NCBI GenBank assembly: GCA_965223005.1
Contig: CBDCVK010000010.1
Location: forward strand, 832,001-896,000
DNA: 64,000 nucleotides
Reading direction: 5' to 3'
From: Terriglobia bacterium
GTDB taxonomy: Bacteria > Acidobacteriota > Terriglobia > JAJPHL01 > JAPKYU01
This document shows, piece after piece, positions 18,585 to 27,240 of this stretch (position 1 is the stretch's first letter; each line of letters begins with the position of its first letter). A program made the translations under genes and the position numbers. The notes below the pieces were generated by a model that made no database searches, was not told where the DNA came from, and saw nothing but the letters and a program-made list of their open reading frames with translations.

Positions 18585-21500
18585 ATGAAGCAATCACAGA
18601 AGCTTCCTACCCCTTTGGGCCTCTGGCTGGCGGTGAGCTTCTGCATGGCCACGGTGGCGGTAGCGCAATCGGGGCTTGAAAGGGCGCGCGCCCGTCAGCA
18701 GGCCGGCCAGACGGCGCAACTGAGGGCGGCTGTCGCCGAAGTGCTTCGCCAGAGCCCGCAAGATCCGGAAGTTCTGCTGGCCGCCGCCGAATTGCTGGAT
18801 TTGTCCGGGTCGCCCGACCGCGCCCAAGCCTATCGACGCGTGCTGGAGGTGGCCCCGTCTCCGGAAAGCCCGGAGGTGAAGGCTGCCCGGCGCCGATTGA
18901 TTCTGCTTTATCTGCAGGCAGGCAAGTATCCGCAAGCCCAGCACGAATTAGAGGTCTACCGCCGCGCGGGCGGATCGGACCTACCGGGCTGGTCGGATGC
19001 GGCGACTGCCCCGCGCCTGCCTGTGGGGTACATTGAGATCCCTGGCCCGCTACTTCCCTTCCAGCGCATGGCCGCAGTTCGCCCCCAAACTCCGCCAGAG
19101 GAGCTGCTGCCGGCACTGGCGCGCAACTTGGTCTCCATCGGCCACCAATATTCGCACCTGTACATGAAGATCGCGCCCACGGAGTATCTCAGGTTGCTGC
19201 TGGGCTATCTGGCACAGGCGCGCCAGCTGCAAGCGCTGGCAGACAGCGACGGGCTTCTACGCTTGAACGAATGCGAACAGGCCGGACCGCTGCTGCAAAT
19301 TCTGGGATACCGGCTGCGTGGAGCTGGCTGTGCCGCCGGGCCGAAAGCCGGCCTGGAAGTGGACGACCCGGTTCGCGCCTTCCTTACCTCCGACTCTGCT
19401 TTTCCCCTGGTGCAACTGGAAGAAGCCATCCAGGGCAAACGTCCTTTCGAGCATTCAGTGAGCTCCACTCAGGTGCCTGTGCTGCTGGGACCCGAGGCGT
19501 GGATGAAACCCGGCACGCCCTGGATTGACGCTCTCCTGGAAGACCGGCTGCTGGCCCGATTCTACGTCGCACTGTCGCGTCTTCCGGCGTCCACTCTGGA
19601 AGCGCTTCGACAGGATGCCACCATGGAACAGCTGAAGCCGCTCAGTCCGGTGCTGGATTTCTACGGCAGGATGTTGCGAGTGCAAGGCGGGAGCGTGGTA
19701 GTACCCGGGGGTGCCGCCGCCAATCAGGGCTGGAAAGGGTTGACGGACTCTCGGCCTGACCGCCCGGGCGCGTTTCTGCTCAAGCTTCTGGAAAAGGACA
19801 GCGGCTGGCTGGCCGCTTATTTAGATGCGCTGTCTCGCACTGGCCCCGCCTCGCAGAGTTACTTCACCGCCGACAAACGGCTGGCGCGCTTCTACAGCGC
19901 CCTTCGGGGCAAGGACGCCACACCCGGTCCGGCCAGGCCGGTCTTCCGGAATAGCGCCCCACTGCTGTTTCTGGTCACACGCTTGCGCGTGCAGGCCGAT
20001 GGCCGCCCATTCCTGCCCGGCGGAGTCGAGACGTGGAATTCTATCTTCCGCCTGCGGCCGGCCAAGTCCGGTGGCAAGAGAGGCCGCGCCCGCCTGCGCG
20101 ATCCGGATGACGTGGTTGAAGCCCTGTTCGGCCACGTGCGTGAAGCCGATGAGAATGGCCTGCTCAATGTCTTCCTGGCGATCAACGAAATCGACCGGCT
20201 GCGCGCCAAGCCGCTCGCCCCAGACACGGTCCTGCTGCTGATGACGCAATACCCGCGCTTCAGCCAGCATTACTTTTTGTTCGCCGAATGGCCCCACCTG
20301 TCGGATTCCACCATCGAGCGCTTCCTGGAAGTCCTGGAATCGCTGACCCAGATCAAGGAGCCGCTGGTGCGCGCCGATGGCCTCGGCTCCCTGCAGGCAG
20401 TGGTCGCCTTATGGGAGATCCTGGCCCGGCAGGAGGAAATCCCGGAATCGAAGCTCGAGCCGACGTTGCAGCGACTGATTGAGCCCTTTGCCGATGCCGA
20501 CAAAGCCGAGGAGGTGCTGGATGCCGCACGCAAGGCTGTACAGACGCTTCTCTCCTTCGCTCCGCCCGAACCCAGCTCCCTGCAGGAGAAGATGATTGGC
20601 TTGCTGGCCGCTCCCTCTGGCCTGGATGGAACGGCGCAGCGGGCGCGCGACGAGGTAGCGGGGCGCATCCGGGTTGCTTTGGATGCCCAACACCTCGTCC
20701 CGCTGGACACCCTGTTTACTCTGGCCGAGCAACTGGAGCATGCGGCCACGACCCAGTCCCGTCCCGGCCCGGAGTTCACCCAGTTGGCCTCGCGCCTCAA
20801 GGAACTGAATTTGCCCAACCCCTTTCCTACGGCTGTGGAAAGGAGGGCAGCCTTCTTCGGCTATTGGGCTGAGCGGCACATCAACGCCGAACGCGAAGCC
20901 GACTTGGCAGGGGTAGCCAAGCTCGAAAATCCCGAGAAGCTGGCTCGGGCCCTCGGCCTGCTGGCCCCGCATCTACGCGATACACTGGTCGGGCTGGTCT
21001 ATGCCTATTACGCGCCACCGGGCTCGATGGTGCTTCACCACAACCCGTTGTTTGTCCGTTCTCACGATTTTCTGGGGGACTCGGGGCGGGGCACGGGAAA
21101 CGAGGTCCGGGGCCCCGGTCACATCTACGGCCTGGGCTGGCCCTGGAGCGGCGGCGGTCGCTTCATCGGCTCGCTTTCCGGCGTGGCCTATGCGTTGGCA
21201 GATGCCGAAAAGGATTTCCTGGTGCCGCAGCAAACCCAGTCGCTGATCTGGGGAGACCTGGCTCCGCAGATGCTGCTTTCCTCAGTCGTGCCGCGTTGGT
21301 GGCGTGTCTCGGCTCGCACTCAGCACTGGGTGGCACTGCACCTCCGTCTGGGTCAGGACCTTTTGGCCGAGGCGGCCGCTTCCGTTGAGGCTCGGCAAAT
21401 AGTGCTGAATGCTTTGCCGCCCATGGAGGCGCAGCGGCGGGAGCGCATCGAAGCCGAACTGGCGCGGGGCCGCGCCGCCCATGCCCTGCGCCTGGTGAAC

Positions 21501-22001
21501 CCCGCCGAACTCTACCAGTTCTCCCGGAATCTGCTTGCAGCGGCCAGCTCCGCAGCCGGTGCGAAGTTGGCGCGGCGGGTGGGACCGGCGGCCGCCGCCT
21601 TAGAGCAGATGTCCCGGCAGTTTCCCCAGGAGGCTTCAGAGGCAGCTGCCAGCTCTGCCTTCGGCGTGCCGCATCCCAAAATCGCCCGTTCCTACCGGCC
21701 GGAGCTTTTGCATCTCCCTCTCTTTCCCGCTCTGATGGGTTACTCCAGCCGGTTGCTGGCTGAATCCTGGGAATCCAGCAATCTGTATTGGGCGCAACTG
21801 GCCGACGAGCTGGGTTTGCCTCCGGCCGAGCTGAATCGGATTGTGCCGCAACTGACCCGGCGAATGCTGGAACGCATTTTTGCTAATCACCTGGAAGACT
21901 GGCCGGCAATGTTGACCGCCATGCGCGCGACCGGTGAGGAGTTTCGGCGCAAGGCTCTAGCCGAAGCGGCCTCGCCCGCGCTGGCCGCGGCCGGGCCATG
22001 A
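18585..22001 (+). CDS. Large (1138 aa) exported helical protein with N-terminal TPR-like segment, function unknown
   Basis: Long ORF with signal peptide, TPR-like N-terminus and Leu-rich helical body; directly upstream of a VWA gene. Confidence 0.75.
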   Translation: MKQSQKLPTPLGLWLAVSFCMATVAVAQSGLERARARQQAGQTAQLRAAVAEVLRQSPQDPEVLLAAAELLDLSGSPDRAQAYRRVLEVAPSPESPEVKAARRRLILLYLQAGKYPQAQHELEVYRRAGGSDLPGWSDAATAPRLPVGYIEIPGPLLPFQRMAAVRPQTPPEELLPALARNLVSIGHQYSHLYMKIAPTEYLRLLLGYLAQARQLQALADSDGLLRLNECEQAGPLLQILGYRLRGAGCAAGPKAGLEVDDPVRAFLTSDSAFPLVQLEEAIQGKRPFEHSVSSTQVPVLLGPEAWMKPGTPWIDALLEDRLLARFYVALSRLPASTLEALRQDATMEQLKPLSPVLDFYGRMLRVQGGSVVVPGGAAANQGWKGLTDSRPDRPGAFLLKLLEKDSGWLAAYLDALSRTGPASQSYFTADKRLARFYSALRGKDATPGPARPVFRNSAPLLFLVTRLRVQADGRPFLPGGVETWNSIFRLRPAKSGGKRGRARLRDPDDVVEALFGHVREADENGLLNVFLAINEIDRLRAKPLAPDTVLLLMTQYPRFSQHYFLFAEWPHLSDSTIERFLEVLESLTQIKEPLVRADGLGSLQAVVALWEILARQEEIPESKLEPTLQRLIEPFADADKAEEVLDAARKAVQTLLSFAPPEPSSLQEKMIGLLAAPSGLDGTAQRARDEVAGRIRVALDAQHLVPLDTLFTLAEQLEHAATTQSRPGPEFTQLASRLKELNLPNPFPTAVERRAAFFGYWAERHINAEREADLAGVAKLENPEKLARALGLLAPHLRDTLVGLVYAYYAPPGSMVLHHNPLFVRSHDFLGDSGRGTGNEVRGPGHIYGLGWPWSGGGRFIGSLSGVAYALADAEKDFLVPQQTQSLIWGDLAPQMLLSSVVPRWWRVSARTQHWVALHLRLGQDLLAEAAASVEARQIVLNALPPMEAQRRERIEAELARGRAAHALRLVNPAELYQFSRNLLAAASSAAGAKLARRVGPAAAALEQMSRQFPQEASEAAASSAFGVPHPKIARSYRPELLHLPLFPALMGYSSRLLAESWESSNLYWAQLADELGLPPAELNRIVPQLTRRMLERIFANHLEDWPAMLTAMRATGEEFRRKALAEAASPALAAAGP

Positions 22002-22037
22002 GAGCGCTATCAAGGTGTAGCATGATCAAGATGTAAC

Positions 22038-23066
22038 ATGCGACGTGCCCTCAAAAGCGTTTGCCTCCCGATTCTGCTGCTGGCGTCGCTCGCCTGGCCT
22101 GACCCCCAGGAACAGCCCCGCCAGGCGGTCTACCGCGTGGAAGTGGACCTGGTCCAAGTTACGGTGGCCGTCACCGATCCCGGCGGACGCTACATGCGGG
22201 GCTTGCGTCCCGGCGATTTCCACATTTATGAGGATGGCGTCCTGCAGAAGCTGGCCATGTTCAGCGAGGGTGGCGCCTTGCCCGAGTCGGTATGGGAAAT
22301 CGAAGAGCGCGAGCGGGAGACAGGCCGCCCGGTGCCTGCGGTGGTCGCCGGATCCCACGTCTTTATCCTGTTCGACACCAGCAACTTCATGTATCGGGGC
22401 TTTTTTGTCCACGCCCAAGACGCCGTTACTCAATTCATCCGCAGCCTGAACATACACGATTCCATCGCAGTGTACGCTTTCAGCCGCAACTTGCTGCGGG
22501 CCTGCCCACCGACGCTGGATCGGCGCCGTGCCCTGCTGGCGCTGCGCCAGCTCGTCGCCGGTGCTGACACCGCCCTCTACAACGCCCTGCTACTTACTCT
22601 TCAAGATGCAGCTCGGGTGTCGGGCCGCAAGGTGGTGGTGGTGTTCTCCAACGGACCTGACGTCGGCAGCATCGTGTCGCCCGAGGCGGTGCGCGAACTG
22701 GCCGAGAATGAAGGCATCCCCATCTACATCATCAGCACCCAGGATGCCAACAGGGACAAGGTCTCGACTACTGTCTTCCGGCGTCTGTCAGGGCGCACGG
22801 GCGGCCAAGCCTACATGGCCAACACCTGGGGGGAGCAGACAGAGGCCTTCAAGGCGATCGGCCAAGATGTCAGGCACCTCTACCTGTTGAGCTACTATCC
22901 AGCGCTCAATGCCAAGCGGGGCTGGCGCAGCATCACCGTGGAACTGGCCGACGAACAGGCCAAGAAGTACCGTATCCGCACTCGCAGCGGCTACCGCTCC
23001 AAGGTACGGACGGCCGACCGATTTGGGCTGGGGAGCTCTCCCACAGGTGCAGCCAACAGCCCGTAA
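22038..23066 (+). CDS. Acidobacterial VWFA-related (VWA) domain protein
   Basis: YRVEVDLVQVTVAVTD..G..GL..DFHIYEDG, FDTSN, TALYNAL, RKVVVVFSNG, TGG, YLLSYYP, RTRSGY. Confidence 0.85.
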   Translation: MRRALKSVCLPILLLASLAWPDPQEQPRQAVYRVEVDLVQVTVAVTDPGGRYMRGLRPGDFHIYEDGVLQKLAMFSEGGALPESVWEIEERERETGRPVPAVVAGSHVFILFDTSNFMYRGFFVHAQDAVTQFIRSLNIHDSIAVYAFSRNLLRACPPTLDRRRALLALRQLVAGADTALYNALLLTLQDAARVSGRKVVVVFSNGPDVGSIVSPEAVRELAENEGIPIYIISTQDANRDKVSTTVFRRLSGRTGGQAYMANTWGEQTEAFKAIGQDVRHLYLLSYYPALNAKRGWRSITVELADEQAKKYRIRTRSGYRSKVRTADRFGLGSSPTGAANSP

Positions 23067-23237
23067 GCCCCCGTGTCCGGACCTCTGGGTCGTCATGGAC
23101 GACGGCGCCCGGCGAGGAGGCCACAGAGCGAGACGCCTTCTACAGTCACAAGTCTCTGCGGTGCGGGAGTGCTGCCGTCACATGATCTCGCGTAAACATC
23201 AGGTCAAGCGCGAAAATTCTGCTCGCAGGAGAGGTGG

Positions 23238-24515
23238 TTGATGAGACGAGTTGCATGGTTCCGGCGTGTACCTCCACGCAATCTGTGTCTATGCGTTGAA
23301 GTCGCCTTGATCTGGGCTGCTCTGACCCTATGTGGCGTCGCTGCCGACTGGCCGCAGTTCGGCGGGCCCCACCGCAACTTCACGACAGATTCCCAGGGCT
23401 TAGCCTCATCCTGGCCGCCGGAGGGCCCGCGCCACGTCTGGAGCCGCCAGTTGGGGGACGGTTACTCCGGCATCACTGCGGATGACGGCACCCTGTTTAC
23501 CATGTATCGCAAGGGGGAACAGGAGGTCGTCATCGCCTTGGACGCCGGGACGGGCAAGACGCTCTGGGAGCACGCCTACGCGGCACCCTTTCTCAGCTGG
23601 ATGGATATGAAGCACGGTCCAGGCCCTCACTCCACCCCGCTGGTGGCAGGCGCGCGTGTGTTCACCGTGGGAGTCACCGGGAAGTTCTTCGCACTCGACA
23701 AGAAAACCGGAAAGGTGGATTGGTTCCACGACCTCTACCGGGATTTCAATATCGACCAAAGGAACCGCGGTTTCTCCTGCAGCCCCATTGCTTACCGGAA
23801 CACGGTGATCCTGCAAACCGGGGGCGTGGGCAACGCCATCATGGCCTTCCGGCAGACGGACGGTGCCGTGGCCTGGAAAAAGCAGAGTTTCTCCAGCTCT
23901 GCTTCCTCTCCCCTGCTGATTCACTTCGCAGGCCAGGAACAGCTGGTGGTGTTCATGGCGAAGCAGGTCGCTGGCCTGGACCCCGGCAACGGCGACCTGA
24001 TTTGGACGATCCCCCACCGGATCAGAAATGGCCTGAACATCAGCATGCCCGTGTGGGGGGAAGGCAACCTGTTGTTTTGCTCCTCGGCATATGACGGAGG
24101 GAGCCGTCTCATCAAGCTGATCAAGGTGGCCGGCAGAACTGTGGCAAGCAATATGTGGCACACCAACCAGATGCGTGTGCACATCGGGAGCATTCTGCGG
24201 CTGGGCGACTACGTGTACGGTTCCAGTGGCGACTTCGGGCCAGCCTTCATCACCGCCCTCAATGTGCGCACCGGCAAGGTCGCCTGGCGGGATCGCAGCT
24301 TTGCCAAGGCCAACCTGGTTTATGCCGATGGAAAACTCATCATTTTGGATGAGGACGGCCGCCTCGCTCTCGCCACAGTCTCCCCCGAAGGCCTGAAGGT
24401 TCTCTCCCAGGTGGATTTGCTGGAGAGCAACTGCTGGACAGCCCCCTCCCTGGTCGGCAGGACCCTCTACGTCCGCGACAGAAAGAGCATCGTGGCTCTG
24501 GACCTGGGGGGCTAG
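23238..24515 (+). CDS. PQQ-like beta-propeller repeat protein (BamB-like)
   Basis: DWPQFGGP.RN, GYSG, GPHSTP, ALD..TGK..W repeats, CWTAP...LYVRD. Confidence 0.85.
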   Translation: MMRRVAWFRRVPPRNLCLCVEVALIWAALTLCGVAADWPQFGGPHRNFTTDSQGLASSWPPEGPRHVWSRQLGDGYSGITADDGTLFTMYRKGEQEVVIALDAGTGKTLWEHAYAAPFLSWMDMKHGPGPHSTPLVAGARVFTVGVTGKFFALDKKTGKVDWFHDLYRDFNIDQRNRGFSCSPIAYRNTVILQTGGVGNAIMAFRQTDGAVAWKKQSFSSSASSPLLIHFAGQEQLVVFMAKQVAGLDPGNGDLIWTIPHRIRNGLNISMPVWGEGNLLFCSSAYDGGSRLIKLIKVAGRTVASNMWHTNQMRVHIGSILRLGDYVYGSSGDFGPAFITALNVRTGKVAWRDRSFAKANLVYADGKLIILDEDGRLALATVSPEGLKVLSQVDLLESNCWTAPSLVGRTLYVRDRKSIVALDLGG

Positions 24516-24550
24516 CCCAGCGACCGGCCGGGGGAGACAGGGTGGATTGG

Positions 24551-25687
24551 CTACTGGTTAACGGCGGGGAGGGCCAGCTGGGCTTCGAGCTGCCGAATCT
24601 TGGCTTCCAGCGGCGAGGGTGCCGGGTCCAGGGCGGCGGCCCGTTTTAGGTAGTTGAGCAAGCCAGTGCGGGAGTCCGTTGGCAGCTCGAGCTTCTTCCC
24701 GCGGTGCAAGGCGTAGGCACGGTTCTTCTCAATCAGCAAACAAGCCAGTCGCCCGCCGTAGAATATCGCCATGCCTACATCGATCAAGATGACACGACCT
24801 CCGAATCGGGGCATGACCGCTCCGGGGGTAGCCGAGTGGGCTACGACGATTCTATCGCAACCGTAGTTACTCAACACCGTCTCCAGATGGAACTCCAGCG
24901 CCCCCTCATCGCTTCCCGCCAGTCCTCTGTACCACAGGGGCCCTTCTTCATCCATCACGACTCCACCTCGAAGCTGGCTCCATTCTCGGAGTTCCTCCCG
25001 AACCCGCTCATTGATTCGGCGGATGGAATGGTTTGCGTATTTCGGGCTGACCCCGCCATGCAAAAAGATCGTGTCGTTAATCTGAATCGCAGTGTTGTGA
25101 CGCCGAATCCACTTTCCGTATTTCCCGTTGGACCCGAAATGGTAACGGTGCTGGAAATATCCGAGTGGATGCCGGGACTCCCACTGTTTGCGGTAAGCTC
25201 CATCGAGAGCAGGTAGTCCTTCCGGCGGAGGGGATTCCTTCATCTTTTTGATATGCTGGTTATAGAAGAGATCGCGCCTCTTTTCCGATTTGTCATCGCG
25301 AAATGCGGCATACTCCTCAGGCGAAACATAGCGAAGATCGCCGTACATATTCATCGCCTCGTGATTGCCGATCAGGGCGTGCACATCGCCCCCGGCTTTG
25401 CGGGCCTCCCGTTCCAGCCGCATCAGCAAGTCCATCACCTTGCGCGACTCTGGTCCCCGATCTACGACGTCGCCGGTCTGTACCAGATGGGTCTTTCCTC
25501 CGGTCCATTCCTCCTTTGCATTGATGAGGCCGGTTGCGTCAAGGAGAGCGACAAATTGCTCATAGTCCCCATGGACGTCTCCGATCGCCACGATCCTCTC
25601 CACTCCCTTCCAGACGTCCTGAGCGGCCACCGCCCAGTCGGCTGGCAAGGTAAGGAACAGGAGCAGAATCAGCGGGCGAAATAACAT
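24551..25687 (-). CDS. Exported metallophosphoesterase (Shewanella-like phosphatase group)
   Basis: GDVHG, GDVVDRG, GNHE, HGG, GPLWYRG, IDVG motifs; signal peptide. Confidence 0.85.
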   Translation of the reverse strand: MLFRPLILLLFLTLPADWAVAAQDVWKGVERIVAIGDVHGDYEQFVALLDATGLINAKEEWTGGKTHLVQTGDVVDRGPESRKVMDLLMRLEREARKAGGDVHALIGNHEAMNMYGDLRYVSPEEYAAFRDDKSEKRRDLFYNQHIKKMKESPPPEGLPALDGAYRKQWESRHPLGYFQHRYHFGSNGKYGKWIRRHNTAIQINDTIFLHGGVSPKYANHSIRRINERVREELREWSQLRGGVVMDEEGPLWYRGLAGSDEGALEFHLETVLSNYGCDRIVVAHSATPGAVMPRFGGRVILIDVGMAIFYGGRLACLLIEKNRAYALHRGKKLELPTDSRTGLLNYLKRAAALDPAPSPLEAKIRQLEAQLALPAVNQ

Positions 25688-25863
25688 GGGTTACTCTCCA
25701 AAACCGTGCGTCTCGCCATAACCTCCTCCGACTCAAAATGCAGTCCGAGTCTTCTAACCAAAAGTGTACTGCAATTCAAGGGACCTGATCGAATCGTTGT
25801 CGATTCGGTTGTGGATTCTTACACTCGAGTTCGGTAAGCACCAGTATGCACCGTGCAGCGCGA

Positions 25864-25960
25864 CCTGTTTAGGGCTAATGCCTGTTTACTAATGCCTGTT
25901 TAGGGCTAAACTAATGCCTGTTTAGGGCTAAACCAATGCCTGTTTAGGGCTAAACCAATG
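25864..25960. repeat. Tandem array of 22-bp units CCTGTTTAGGGCTAAAC(T/C)AATG (3 full and 2 partial copies)
   Basis: Full units at 25895, 25917 and 25939; partial units at 25864 and 25881; each full unit contains the dyad GTTTAG-GG-CTAAAC. Confidence 0.9.
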
Positions 25961-25973
25961 AAAGATAACCGCC

Positions 25974-26050
25974 GCCCCTGTAGCTCAGATGGACAGAGCA
26001 GCGGTTTCCTAAACCGTTGGTCGGGAGTTCGAGTCTCCCCAGGGGCGCCA
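25974..26050 (+). tRNA. tRNA-Arg (anticodon CCT)
   Basis: GCCCCTG/CAGGGGC acceptor stem, TAGCTCAG..GG D arm, GCGGT-TTCCTAA-ACCGT anticodon arm, GGGAG-TTCGAGT-CTCCC T arm, encoded CCA. Confidence 0.95.
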
Positions 26051-26080
26051 GTTTTCTAGTTGTGTTAGCAAAGGGTTGGC

Positions 26081-26360
26081 GTGAGCCGACTCAAGGAAGG
26101 CGCTTTGTCACGGCAACAGAAGGAGTCCATCGCCCTGGTTTGTTCGGCGGCTCGCCTGAGCACCTATTGCGTGACCATTCATTGCGAGATGATGCGAACG
26201 ATGGGTGTGACCGACCCGGAGCTGGAGCAGGTGGCGGTGGATCATCACTACGCTGATATTTCCGAAGCGGACAAGGCCCTGCTGGATTTCGCGCTCAAAC
26301 TGACCGAGCGGCTGCCCGAAACGGACGGGAAGGACATTGAGGCGTTGCGCCAACACGGCC
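26081..26360 (+). pseudogene. Internal fragment of a peroxidase-related AhpD/CMD protein
   Basis: LSRQQKESIALVCSA...YCVTIH, DKALLDFALKLT, DIEALRQHG; lacks the normal N- and C-termini. Confidence 0.6.
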
Positions 26361-26395
26361 GGGCGGAATGCCGGACTGCCGCGACACGCGGCAGT

Positions 26396-27240
26396 CTACT
26401 GCACGGGGATGGTGACGGTGTTAGCCGGCACGTTGTTGATGATGATTTCGACCTCCTGCGTGCCCGGCGGCACGCCCAACGGCACCTGTACATTCACCTG
26501 GTAGAGCCCCACAAATCCTGGGGCTAGGCCGGAGAAGCTCACCTGGGCAGGTAGGCCGGCAATGTTCACCAGCGGTGTGCTGACCGTTCGCGCCAGCGGC
26601 TCAGCGGTAGGTGCAATCTGGCCGGACTGGACTTCGGGCTGGACCAGACCGAGTCCAGTGCAAAAGATCAGCAGGAACTCTCCCGGCAGTGCCGGGGCGC
26701 TCTCGCTGACCGGCTGGAAATCTGCCGCGTGGAGGATCGCGCCAACGCCGGTGCCCTGCTGGTTCAGCGTAAAAATCCCTGGTGAAACGGTTGCGATCCC
26801 GATCGACCGCGTCTCGCTCGATACTGTGCCCCGCGTCACCTGCACCGAGACCATACCCGGTCCGGCCATCAACTCAAACGGGACCTGCGCATTGATCTGT
26901 CCCGGACCCACGAAGTACAGCGGGGCGGCAATGTTGTTGAACGTTACGCTGGTATCCCCCAGGGTGGTGGGAAGAGGTACAACCGTCGCCCCCTGCGTAT
27001 CGCCGGCCAAGTCCGCGCCAAAAAGGGCCACAATTGCGCCCGGGGCGATGGCTCCGTTGGGGTCCGTCGCCGGCCGAAAGCTGGAGCCGTTGACTACAGA
27101 GTTGGCTGGCAGTGTTGGGACCGCGGTTTTCGAGGTGATCGTCAGCGTCACCGGCACTGTCGTCGTCGGTCCGAAAATCGTACTGGTGCAGAACCGCGAA
27201 GGCGTGATCACGATGCCGCTGTTATAAGTGCCGGGCCGCG
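26396..27240 (-). pseudogene. 5'-truncated BACON/TIGR03437 C-terminal domain protein
   Basis: VVNGSSF...IAPGAIVALFG, APLYFVGPGQINAQVP, GLAPGFVGLYQVN; the frame extends upstream to PGTYNSGIVIT with no signal peptide. Confidence 0.7.

Noticed and set aside
25864-25960. CRISPR array or plant-type telomere (TTTAGGG) interpretation of the repeat
   Set aside because: The units are contiguous with no unique spacers and no cas genes. TTTAGGG is only part of a 22-bp unit, not a heptamer run
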